Assembly (NCBI GenBank): GCA_964436275.1
Contig: CAYTBZ010000001.1
Span: 33,980-97,979, forward strand
Source of the DNA: an uncultured Gammaproteobacteria bacterium
Lineage (GTDB): Bacteria > Patescibacteriota > Patescibacteriia > UBA2591 > CAYTBZ01
Direction: 5' to 3'
Length of the DNA stretch: 64,000 bases
This document shows positions 19,901 through 29,986 of this stretch, piece after piece; the stretch's first letter is position 1, and every line of letters starts with the position of its first letter. The notes below the pieces were generated by a model. The model was not told the origin of the DNA. It did no database searches and saw only the letters and a program-made list of their open reading frames with translations. A program made the translations under genes and the position numbers.

Positions 19901-21367
19901 TTAAGCAACAGGTAAATTAGGCGGCGGTTCTCCTCCTTTTTTATTCTCTTTTATTTCCGCCTCATTTTTTACTTTATTATTTTTTACTTTATTATTCTCC
20001 TTCTCCTCTTTATGATTTTTCTCCTTTGGCTCATAATTAGCAATGCGGATAACCGGCTGCCTTACTTCTTCAATAGTAGGCAGAATAACCGGGGCTTCTG
20101 CCTTTTTCACTTCTACCTTTTTAAGTAAAGGTACCTTTACCGTTTTTAAAGGAAAATGATAAATGGTGGCTAATTCTTCAGTATTAAGAATAAAATGACT
20201 GGCTACTGTATAATTGCTTCTTCGCCGATATTGATTAAGAATTTCTGTTTGTTTTTTTGCTAAAATTTTCTGGCCACGAAATCGAGGAGCAGATGTTTTT
20301 GCTTTAGAATGTGGTTTAAATCCGTTCATATCTAAAGTATTAAACTGTTGAATCGCACCTAAAACTGAGGCAACTCCTCGTGCAGCAGAGAAAACATCCT
20401 TTCTGGCTAAATAAATAACTCTAAATTTAGACTTAAAACCTAGTTTGGAAATTTTATTTTGAATTGCTTCAACTATCTTTCTTTCACCAGGAGAAAGAAA
20501 TTGCATTTGGGAAATTAAAGAACTTGACTCTTTTTTGGTTGGCGGAAATGGCCCAAAAATATGATTATGCAAAGATTCCATTAATTCAATAGGTAAATCA
20601 AAAATGCGGTCAAAAATACTTGGTTTTGATTTACTCTTTTTGCCAATCAATTTCTTTACTAATTCCTCTCCCTTCTTTTTCCATTCAGAACCAGTAGGTG
20701 TGATTAAAAGTTGCAACCAGATTTGTTCTCCTTCTCCTATCTTACTAAGCGCTTCCAATAAAGCAGCCATTGGATCTTTAAAACTTTCCTTATCTAAAGG
20801 GTCTTGAAATTGAGAATAAGTTCTAATAGGATAAGGATCTTTATTATAAAGAACTAACTCTGCTCCCCATAGATTATACTCTTCTGAAGGAAATTTTTCC
20901 GGTCCGGCATCAGTATAATCTTCTACCTCAGTAATTTCTGCTTCAGGATATTGGGCATAAATAGCTGATTCAACTAAATCACGAAGATTTCTTGGAGTTC
21001 TAATTAAAAATTGCACATATCCTTCAATACTTATCAATTCTAAACTAAAAGGAATAGGAAGAAATCCTTTGATGTTTCTCTCTATCCAGTCATAACTTTT
21101 TCTTGCCCCGGCTAATTGAGCAAACATCTGTTCTGCTGCTTTTGGACCTTGTTCATTGTCTCTTGGAACATCAATAGCAAGTAGGCAATAATCAATACTT
21201 GCTAAATATTTCTGTCTTTTATTACTTAGAATAATATTCCAAATTATTCCTAAAAGATAAAAAATAAAAATAACCCAGCCACCATGTTTAAAAATGCTCC
21301 ACATTATTACCCAAGGCGGCTGACCGCCCCATTCACTTAAAAAAGTCAAATCAATAGTTAAAGACAT
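19901..21367 (-). CDS. Membrane-anchored hypothetical protein partnered with the ATPase
   Basis: Two N-terminal TM helices, large soluble domain, K/E/N-rich low-complexity tail. 10-nt gap to downstream ATPase. Confidence 0.5.
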   Translation of the reverse strand: MSLTIDLTFLSEWGGQPPWVIMWSIFKHGGWVIFIFYLLGIIWNIILSNKRQKYLASIDYCLLAIDVPRDNEQGPKAAEQMFAQLAGARKSYDWIERNIKGFLPIPFSLELISIEGYVQFLIRTPRNLRDLVESAIYAQYPEAEITEVEDYTDAGPEKFPSEEYNLWGAELVLYNKDPYPIRTYSQFQDPLDKESFKDPMAALLEALSKIGEGEQIWLQLLITPTGSEWKKKGEELVKKLIGKKSKSKPSIFDRIFDLPIELMESLHNHIFGPFPPTKKESSSLISQMQFLSPGERKIVEAIQNKISKLGFKSKFRVIYLARKDVFSAARGVASVLGAIQQFNTLDMNGFKPHSKAKTSAPRFRGQKILAKKQTEILNQYRRRSNYTVASHFILNTEELATIYHFPLKTVKVPLLKKVEVKKAEAPVILPTIEEVRQPVIRIANYEPKEKNHKEEKENNKVKNNKVKNEAEIKENKKGGEPPPNLPVA

Positions 21368-21383
21368 AATATCTTAAAAACTT

Positions 21384-22490
21384 TTATATCTTTTTTAACC
21401 GATATTTTCCTCCGGGCAATTTCTCAAACTTTTCTTTATTACCCAAAGCGACTAAAATTGTTTGTTTTTTAACTAAGCGTTGCTTTAAAACTTCATTTAT
21501 AATCTCTTCTTTAGGCAACGGTTTTTGGGCTCGTTTTAATATCTTTTCAATCAATTCGCTTACTGTTCCCGGTTCTATACCCCATTCAGCCAGTGCATAA
21601 ATACCTCGGCCGACCAGAACATATCTTATATCAGCGGTTAGATTATTCCTTACGGTTGCTTCGTGTGCTGATTGAAGAGAATAATGTTTATTAATCAACT
21701 GTACTATCTCTGTAAAATGAAGGGGTCTTTTTTCCTTTTTAAGGACATAATAAATTTTATCGCTAATTTTTCTTAACTGAACTAATCCCCAAAAACTAAA
21801 CCCCCACTCATTAAAAAGATTTTTACCCATTCTATTAGTCAGATGCAATAACGACAAAATAAATAAATCAGTAAGTTTTTTCTTATTATTTAAATAAAAT
21901 CCCGTCTGTTTGAATTTTTTGATTAGGTCACTTTCAGAAATCGGTTCTCCTTCTTTCTCTACAATTCTTACCAATTCTCTAATAGCCTTTCTGACAAAAG
22001 TTAAAGAAGCGTCTTTAAATCTCCATCCCCTTTCAAACTCTTTATCTTTTTGGAACTCTTCAATAGAGTCGTTTAAAAATTTATTTATAATGAAAATAAA
22101 AAAGTTTTTAGCCAATTTTGCTTCTCTTTCATCTTTAATTCCGAATTTTTCTAAAAGTTTATTCAAAAAAAACTCTCTTTCGGCAATACCACCTAATTTT
22201 TTCAATAAAGAAAAGATAATCTCTTTTATCTCTACCAATTCCTTAGTAAAAAGAGAGTTTTTTTGTATCTTTTTTATAGCACCTGATTCTATTTGTCTAA
22301 CCCTTTCTCGACTAATTTGATAATAATTTCCTATCTCCTGCAAACTCATTTTTGGTTTTTCTTTTTTTATTAGATCATCAGAAAGCCCATAATGAAGAAT
22401 TAAAACATCTTTTTCTCGAGATGAAAGAGAATCAAGTAAACTTAAAAAATCTTTTTTAATTTTAGAAAAAGAAATTACTTTTTTCTTCAT
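21384..22490 (-). CDS. Sigma-70 region-4-like HTH protein with C-terminal HARE-HTH domain
   Basis: N-terminal LQEIGNYYQISRERVRQIESGAIKKI (region 4.2-like). C-terminal HFTEIVQLI...TVRNNLTADIRYVLVGRGIYALAEWG (HARE-HTH as in RNAP delta). Confidence 0.55.
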   Translation of the reverse strand: MKKKVISFSKIKKDFLSLLDSLSSREKDVLILHYGLSDDLIKKEKPKMSLQEIGNYYQISRERVRQIESGAIKKIQKNSLFTKELVEIKEIIFSLLKKLGGIAEREFFLNKLLEKFGIKDEREAKLAKNFFIFIINKFLNDSIEEFQKDKEFERGWRFKDASLTFVRKAIRELVRIVEKEGEPISESDLIKKFKQTGFYLNNKKKLTDLFILSLLHLTNRMGKNLFNEWGFSFWGLVQLRKISDKIYYVLKKEKRPLHFTEIVQLINKHYSLQSAHEATVRNNLTADIRYVLVGRGIYALAEWGIEPGTVSELIEKILKRAQKPLPKEEIINEVLKQRLVKKQTILVALGNKEKFEKLPGGKYRLKKI

Positions 22491-22556
22491 TTTTATAACA
22501 ATTATCTACTAATATTGCTTTTTAAATATATCATTCTTTTTAGATTGAGTCAAGGA

Positions 22557-23123
22557 TTATTCCTTCTCTTCTTTTTTCTTTCTTCCTCTAATTAGAGAAA
22601 GAAAAATAAGAGGAGAAATAGCCCAAAAAAACTTTCCTATCCCACTAAGAAACACCTTTTGGACCAGAGGGTAAAAATAAGAATATTTGTCTAAAGACAA
22701 AAAACTTAAATTTATGCTTACTAAAAAACCAACTAAGAAAAAATTAAGGATAATAATCTTTCCTAATTTTATTCTCCGAGAGAAACTATGTAAAAATTTA
22801 TAAATTACTGAGTTAAGAATGAGTAAATTTATTAAAAGAAAAAAGACCCAAAAAATAATAACTTTAACAAAAAAGGGGTGAGTAGTAAAAGAAAATTTTA
22901 GAATTTTATGACCACTTAAGGGAAGAAAATTGATAACTGCTAAAGTTAAATAAGTGCTTAAAGTCAAAATAATTATCCGACTCTTTCCTAAAATAAGAAA
23001 AAAGAAAAGAAAAATAAAAAATAGAACAAGAATAAAAAGGTTCCAATTAGGATTAGACCAATTCACCTTGGAACCTAACTCACCAAGTTTTTGACTAAAA
23101 TTCAAAGCCAATAAACCTAACAC
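22557..23123 (-). CDS. Hypothetical polytopic membrane protein
   Basis: 188 aa, 5-6 hydrophobic helices, KKKEEKE tail. Confidence 0.4.
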   Translation of the reverse strand: MLGLLALNFSQKLGELGSKVNWSNPNWNLFILVLFFIFLFFFLILGKSRIIILTLSTYLTLAVINFLPLSGHKILKFSFTTHPFFVKVIIFWVFFLLINLLILNSVIYKFLHSFSRRIKLGKIIILNFFLVGFLVSINLSFLSLDKYSYFYPLVQKVFLSGIGKFFWAISPLIFLSLIRGRKKKEEKE

Positions 23124-23139
23124 TTTGATAAATTTATTT

Positions 23140-24243
23140 TTATAATCCTTCGCTTCTTAATTTCTCTAAAAGTTTTTTCTGTTCTTTGGTTAATTTGCGT
23201 GGAACATCAATAAAAACTTGAATATACTCATCACCACGCCCATTTCTTTTAAGATGAGGGACCCCCTTTCCTCTTAAACGAAAAACCTTTCCATTCTCTG
23301 TATAAGGGGGAATCTTTAACCAAACTTCTCCTTCTAATGTTTTCACTTTTATTTTACCACCTAAAACAGCCAAGGAAAAGGGAATTTTTTCTTTAGCATA
23401 TAAATCATCTCCCCTTCTTTCAAAATAAGGATCTTTTTCCAGAGAAATTACCAAATATAAATTTCCATTAGGGGCGCCTACTTCCCCGGCATTGCCCTTA
23501 CCGACTATTCTAACTTTTTCACCCTCATTTATTCCTGCAGGAATTTTTACTTTTAATTCAGATAACTTTCTTACTCTTCCTTTTCCTTGACATTCTCTAC
23601 ATTTTTTTTCAGGAATCTTACCGCTTCCCTGACAACGGGGACAGGTTGTTTTTATTGAAAAATGCCCAAAAAGAGAACGATGAATCTGCTCTACCTCTCC
23701 ACGACCTCCACAAATAGGACAAATTATCATTTTACTTCCCGGTTCAACCCCGGTTCCCTGACAATGGGGACACTTCTCCCAACGCCTTAATCTAATTGAC
23801 TTCTCACATCCAAAAGCCGCTTCTTTAAGTTTTAATTTTAAAGGAAAATAAATGTCTTCTCCTCTTTTTGTCTTTCTTTCTCTAGATCGCCGGCCAAAGT
23901 TAAAAAACTCATCAAAAATATCGCCTAAACCTAAATCTTCAAAATCAAAAGAAAATCCCTCCCGACCCTCGCCAGAAGTTGCTGCCCTCATAAAATCATC
24001 CCAACTAAAACCTTTGCCAAAACCACCCATTTCTTCAAAAGTGGTTCCATAAGTATCATATTTTTTTCTTTTTTCTGGATTACCTAAAACCTGATAGGCC
24101 TCGTTTATCTCTTTAAACTTCTCTGCATCTCCTCCGGCTTTATCAGGATGATACTTGTGCGCTAAACGACGAAAAGCCCTTTTTATTTCTTCTTGGGAGG
24201 CATCTCGGGGAACACCTAAAATTTTATAATAATCTTTTGCCAT
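23140..24243 (-). CDS. dnaJ: Chaperone DnaJ
   Basis: J domain with HPD, G/F region, four CxxCxGxG zinc-finger repeats, C-terminal domains. Confidence 0.9.
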   Translation of the reverse strand: MAKDYYKILGVPRDASQEEIKRAFRRLAHKYHPDKAGGDAEKFKEINEAYQVLGNPEKRKKYDTYGTTFEEMGGFGKGFSWDDFMRAATSGEGREGFSFDFEDLGLGDIFDEFFNFGRRSRERKTKRGEDIYFPLKLKLKEAAFGCEKSIRLRRWEKCPHCQGTGVEPGSKMIICPICGGRGEVEQIHRSLFGHFSIKTTCPRCQGSGKIPEKKCRECQGKGRVRKLSELKVKIPAGINEGEKVRIVGKGNAGEVGAPNGNLYLVISLEKDPYFERRGDDLYAKEKIPFSLAVLGGKIKVKTLEGEVWLKIPPYTENGKVFRLRGKGVPHLKRNGRGDEYIQVFIDVPRKLTKEQKKLLEKLRSEGL

Positions 24244-24263
24244 TTATTTTTATCATTCATTAC

Positions 24264-26159
<1,896 letters not shown>

Positions 26160-26280
26160 TTATATTAATGATAAATTGTGGTTAAGAAAAACCCTAGATA
26201 AGGGGAATTAACAGGGATAAACATAAATTGTTAAATCCCCTTGTCTAGGATCACCTCTGAAAAGAGGTGACCTAATTATG

Positions 26281-26751
26281 CTATTTCTTCTTCTTTGTTT
26301 TTTTCTTTCCTTCTAATGATTTCACTTTTATAGAAATTTTCTTTCCTTTTTCCTCCGGCGCTTTAGGAATTTCAATCTTTAGCAAGCCATTCTTGCAAGT
26401 AGCCACCGCCTTATTTCCAAGAACGTGGGCTGGCAAAGAAACAGAGCGATAAAAACTACCAGAACGAATTTCTTTCCGATAATAATCCTTTTCTTCCTGC
26501 TCTACCTTCTCCTCGCTTTTTCCTTTGATTGTCAGAACATCATTATCAATGGAGATATCAATATCCTCGGGCTTAACACCTGGTAAAGATGTTTCCACCA
26601 CTACCTTGTCCTTTGTCTGATAAATATTCATTGCCGGAATAAACCCAGAAACTTTTTCTGGAAATAAAGAAGACCAATCCTCAAAAAAGCGTTCCAAATC
26701 CTTTTCCCAGTCAAATGGTCTTAAAAATGGTTCCCACTTTATAATTGCCAT
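26281..26751 (-). CDS. Small heat-shock protein (Hsp20/alpha-crystallin)
   Basis: Alpha-crystallin domain with typical strand pattern. 156 aa. Embedded in the dnaK operon. Confidence 0.8.
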   Translation of the reverse strand: MAIIKWEPFLRPFDWEKDLERFFEDWSSLFPEKVSGFIPAMNIYQTKDKVVVETSLPGVKPEDIDISIDNDVLTIKGKSEEKVEQEEKDYYRKEIRSGSFYRSVSLPAHVLGNKAVATCKNGLLKIEIPKAPEEKGKKISIKVKSLEGKKKTKKKK

Positions 26752-26768
26752 ATTTTTACCCTCCTTTA

Positions 26769-26791
26769 TCCAGCAGATATATTGCTGGATA
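26769..26791 (-). promoter_or_regulatory. Inverted repeat ATCCAGCA-N7-TGCTGGAT abutting the hsp20 SD (candidate operator or RNA structure)
   Basis: 8-bp perfect arms. Lies 3 nt upstream of the AAGGAGGG RBS of hsp20 on the coding strand. Between grpE stop and hsp20 start. Confidence 0.3.
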
Positions 26792-26824
26792 TATTAATTA
26801 TTTATTTCAAATTCGACCTTTAAT

Positions 26825-27331
26825 TTAATGATAACTAATAATCACCTTAGCCGGCTTAATTACTTTCCCTTCCATAAGATAACCTGTCTCTACTTCCTTA
26901 ATAATTGTATCCTCCTCTAAATTATCTCTTTTTTCTTTACCTACTGCTTCATGCCTTTCTGGGTTAAATTTTTCGCCAACTGTTTTTATTTCTTCAATAT
27001 GAAATTTTTTAAATAACTCATCGAGCTGGTTTTTAATATGTTTTATTCCGATAACCCAATCATTTTCTTCTAATTCCTTAGGTAAATGATTAAATGCCTT
27101 TTTAAAATTCTCTCTCAAGGGCAAAAGTTCTAAAATAAGAGATAGATTAGCAAATTTAACAAATTCGCTTTTTCTCCTCTCTTCTTCTTTTTTAAAATTT
27201 AAGTAATCCGCTTTGGCCCTTTTCCATCCATTTAAATATTCTTCAGCCTTTTTCTTATACTCATTAAGTTTCTTCTCGCACTCACTTAACTTTTTTTTCA
27301 AATTTTCTTTGTCTTTTTTTTCTTCACTCAT
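26825..27331 (-). CDS. grpE: Nucleotide exchange factor GrpE
   Basis: Coiled-coil N-terminus, C-terminal beta domain. Position between hrcA and dnaK. Confidence 0.85.
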   Translation of the reverse strand: MSEEKKDKENLKKKLSECEKKLNEYKKKAEEYLNGWKRAKADYLNFKKEEERRKSEFVKFANLSLILELLPLRENFKKAFNHLPKELEENDWVIGIKHIKNQLDELFKKFHIEEIKTVGEKFNPERHEAVGKEKRDNLEEDTIIKEVETGYLMEGKVIKPAKVIISYH

Positions 27332-27346
27332 TTTAATTTAATTATT

Positions 27347-28045
27347 TTATAATAAATTGCTTATATATTCTATTAAAGCAACATTATTATCATAATCCAT
27401 TCTCATTGGCCCGACCAGAGAAAATAAACTCTTTTCTTCTGGGAATATACGGCAGGGGGTAAAAATTATGCTGCACTCTTTACCTAAGGGATTCTCTTGA
27501 CCAATTAATATCTTTATCTTCTCTCCTTCTTCTAATCTTTGGAAAAGGAGAGAACTTTTTTCTTCTATATAATCAAGGGAAGAAAAGAGTTGACAAGGAA
27601 AATTAGAGTATTTAAATTCTGGCTTATTAGCTAAATTAGTCAAACCAGTAATATAAGCATATTCCTGATTGAAAAGAACAATAACTGCTTCTTGGGAAAT
27701 CTCAGCAACCTTTTTAGCAATTTCCTTAATTTTCTTTTCTTTTCTGTTTTTAAATTTATTTTTTATTTTCTTTAAAATCCCAAACTTATTCTCAGAAAAT
27801 TTTATTTTTTTAAGAAAATTCTTCACATAGAAATTATACCCTTTTTCTGTAGGAATACCACCAGCAGAAATGTGAGGACGATAAATATAATGGTCTTTCT
27901 CTAAAACAGCCATCTGATAGCGAACAGTTGCCGGACTTATATTTAAATGAAATTTCTTGACTAAAAGACCAGAAGAAACTGGATGAAATGTTTTGACATA
28001 TTCTGGGACAATATAAGCAAGTAGATTTTTCTTTTTATCTATCAT
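27347..28045 (-). CDS. hrcA: Heat-inducible repressor HrcA (short form)
   Basis: N-terminal winged helix (VSSGLLVKKFHLNISPATVRYQMAVLEKDHYI). First gene of the grpE-dnaK-dnaJ operon. CIRCE upstream. Confidence 0.7.
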   Translation of the reverse strand: MIDKKKNLLAYIVPEYVKTFHPVSSGLLVKKFHLNISPATVRYQMAVLEKDHYIYRPHISAGGIPTEKGYNFYVKNFLKKIKFSENKFGILKKIKNKFKNRKEKKIKEIAKKVAEISQEAVIVLFNQEYAYITGLTNLANKPEFKYSNFPCQLFSSLDYIEEKSSLLFQRLEEGEKIKILIGQENPLGKECSIIFTPCRIFPEEKSLFSLVGPMRMDYDNNVALIEYISNLL

Positions 28046-28073
28046 AATTTTAATTATAAACCTTTTAGCAAAT

Positions 28074-28100
28074 TTAGCAATCTAAGATTGTGAGTGCCAA
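28074..28100 (-). promoter_or_regulatory. CIRCE operator (TTAGCAATC-N9-GAGTGCCAA; consensus TTAGCACTC-N9-GAGTGCTAA)
   Basis: 9+9 inverted repeat with exact 9-nt spacer, one mismatch per half-site. Immediately downstream of TTGACA-18-TATAAT promoter (28105-28134) of hrcA. Confidence 0.6.
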
Positions 28101-28104
28101 TTAA

Positions 28105-28134
28105 ATTATATAGGTATTCTTATTACTTTGTCAA
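28105..28134 (-). promoter_or_regulatory. Sigma70-type promoter of hrcA operon (TTGACA-N18-TATAAT)
   Basis: Read on minus strand: TTGACAaagtaataagaatacctaTATAAT, followed by CIRCE. Confidence 0.5.
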
Positions 28135-28149
28135 TAGATTTCTAACTTC

Positions 28150-28178
28150 TTGACTTTTTTAAAAAAATGTGATACACT
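28150..28178 (+). promoter_or_regulatory. Divergent promoter for plus-strand small ORF (TTGACT-N17-TACACT)
   Basis: Seen on plus strand 25 nt upstream of AAGGAGGG RBS. Confidence 0.35.
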
Positions 28179-28202
28179 TAAACAAATTATAAGGAGGGAA
28201 AA

Positions 28203-28652
28203 ATGAAGGGATTTAAAACTTTGTTCTTTGTCATCTTTGTCGTATTAATAATTGTTAATCTCATCAGTTTTTCTGAAAAAATAAAAACAGAACAGAAACT
28301 AAAATTGTTAAAAACGGAAATTGAAATAGAAGTTGAAGAAAGGCAAATTCTAAGCGATTCCTTGTTTATTCTCAACAATTCTTTTCTTTCTCTTTCTGAC
28401 TCTTTACGGTTTGTTTCTTCTGTTCTAAAAGAAACGCAAAACTCATTAAGGATAACGAAGACAACTATTGACTCTTTATCAGAAGTAAATTTCGGACTCC
28501 TCCTCAACTTATTTGCAACAGAAAGACTTATTTCTAAACAGAAAAAGACGATATCTTTTCTTGAATCTCTTTTGGTTATTGGAATGAAAATGGATTCTGT
28601 AGAACTAAACAGGAAACTAGACAGTTTTATCAAACCTAAAACCCCAAAATAA
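28203..28652 (+). CDS. Membrane-anchored coiled-coil protein (hypothetical)
   Basis: Strong SD AAGGAGGG 7 nt before ATG, N-terminal TM, heptad-rich remainder, hairpin terminator after stop. The overlapping minus ORF is a shadow. Confidence 0.5.
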   Translation: MKGFKTLFFVIFVVLIIVNLISFSEKIKTEQKLKLLKTEIEIEVEERQILSDSLFILNNSFLSLSDSLRFVSSVLKETQNSLRITKTTIDSLSEVNFGLLLNLFATERLISKQKKTISFLESLLVIGMKMDSVELNRKLDSFIKPKTPK

Positions 28653-28657
28653 AAAAG

Positions 28658-28685
28658 GGCCCGAGTTTATCGGGTCTCTTTTATT
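28658..28685 (+). terminator. Rho-independent terminator (GGCCCGA-GTTTA-TCGGGTC + T-rich)
   Basis: Stem-loop directly after stop of 28203..28652, followed by TCTCTTTTATT. Confidence 0.4.
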
Positions 28686-28695
28686 ATATCAAACT

Positions 28696-29979
28696 TTATC
28701 TCCAACCTTTACCCTGACGAACTAATAACTCCCTTGCCTTCTCCGGATAAGCCATTAATTCTTTAACTATCTTTTCCATTCTCATACGTTGAGAGCCCTT
28801 GACTAAAATAACATCTCCGGACTGAATGATATTTTTTAAAAATTTAGCCGCATCATCACTTTGAAAAAAATGAAAAATTTTTTCTAAAGGCATCCCCTGC
28901 TTTCTTGCTCCTTCAATAATATTTTTAGCATTTTCTCCTACTGCTACTAAATAATCCGGGTCTAAAGAAGCAACCTTTTCTCCAACTTCAAAATGGGCTT
29001 TTGTAGAATAACTTCCTAATTCTAACATATCACCCAGAACAACGAATTTTCTTCCTTTTGAAGGTATCTTTTTCAACACATCCAAAGCCATTATCACGGC
29101 TAAAGGAGAAGCATTATAAGAATCATCAATGATAAGAGTCCTCTTTACTCCAGCAATTAATCTCATTCTTCCCGGTGGCGGATTATATTCTTTCAAGGAT
29201 TCAACAATTTCTATTAAATTCATTTTTAAAGACAAACCTACGCCAATAGCAGCTAAGGCTGCATAGGTCTGCTGTTTGCCTAAAACATATGGTAAAAATA
29301 CAGGAATAATTTTACCTTTATAGTTGATTTTAAAACGTACGCCAATTAACTCTTTACTCTCTAAAACCCCAAAGTCATTCTCCCAATCAAAAGCCATGAT
29401 ATCTGCTCGAGAAGAAAAACCATAAGTTAAAACCTTAGCATCTGTTTTATCTTTCATCTGATAAACCTTTTCATCATCAGCATTTAAAACAGCCTGACCT
29501 GAGGAAGGCAAACATTTAACTAAAACGCTCTTTTCTTGAGCAATATTCTCTAATGATTTAAAAAATTCCAAATGGACTGGCGCCACAGCAGTAACTACAC
29601 TAATTCTAGGAGGAGCAAAAGAAACCAAATATTCTAAATCACCTGGTCGATCAGCGGCCATTTCTAAAATCAAAATTTGCGGATAATTTTTTAGAGGAAA
29701 TAAAATTAATTTTTTTGCTTGCCATAAAATTTTTAACCAGCCAAAAAGAGATTTCCCGGCTGATTCAACACCTATTATCGTCAAGGGTAAACCAATTTCG
29801 TTATTATAATTCTTTTCGCTCTTTCTTACAGAAAATCTGTTTTTTAGAACAGAAAAAATTGCTTCTTTAGTTGACGTCTTTCCAACACTCCCAGTAATTC
29901 CAATAATCAATGGTTTATATTTTTTTACAATTAATTTTGCTAAAACTTTTAAAAATTTTTGGATAATTTTTTTCATCAT
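28696..29979 (-). CDS. murF: Mur ligase, UDP-MurNAc-tripeptide--D-Ala-D-Ala ligase-like
   Basis: IGITGSVGKTSTKE Mur-ligase P-loop, central and C-terminal Mur domains. Last gene of the dcw cluster. Confidence 0.7.
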   Translation of the reverse strand: MMKKIIQKFLKVLAKLIVKKYKPLIIGITGSVGKTSTKEAIFSVLKNRFSVRKSEKNYNNEIGLPLTIIGVESAGKSLFGWLKILWQAKKLILFPLKNYPQILILEMAADRPGDLEYLVSFAPPRISVVTAVAPVHLEFFKSLENIAQEKSVLVKCLPSSGQAVLNADDEKVYQMKDKTDAKVLTYGFSSRADIMAFDWENDFGVLESKELIGVRFKINYKGKIIPVFLPYVLGKQQTYAALAAIGVGLSLKMNLIEIVESLKEYNPPPGRMRLIAGVKRTLIIDDSYNASPLAVIMALDVLKKIPSKGRKFVVLGDMLELGSYSTKAHFEVGEKVASLDPDYLVAVGENAKNIIEGARKQGMPLEKIFHFFQSDDAAKFLKNIIQSGDVILVKGSQRMRMEKIVKELMAYPEKARELLVRQGKGWR

Positions 29980-29986
29980 TTAAAAG

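Noticed and set aside
26248-26274. Palindrome AGGATCACCTCTGAAAAGAGGTGACCT after hsp20 as an intrinsic terminator
   Set aside because: On the transcribed strand it is not followed by a T-run. It may be a processing or stability hairpin, and there is not enough to call a terminator.
28187-28633. 148-aa minus-strand ORF overlapping the plus-strand ORF
   Set aside because: It is the shadow of 28203..28652, which has a strong SD, an N-terminal TM helix and a terminator. The minus ORF has none of these and is low-complexity.
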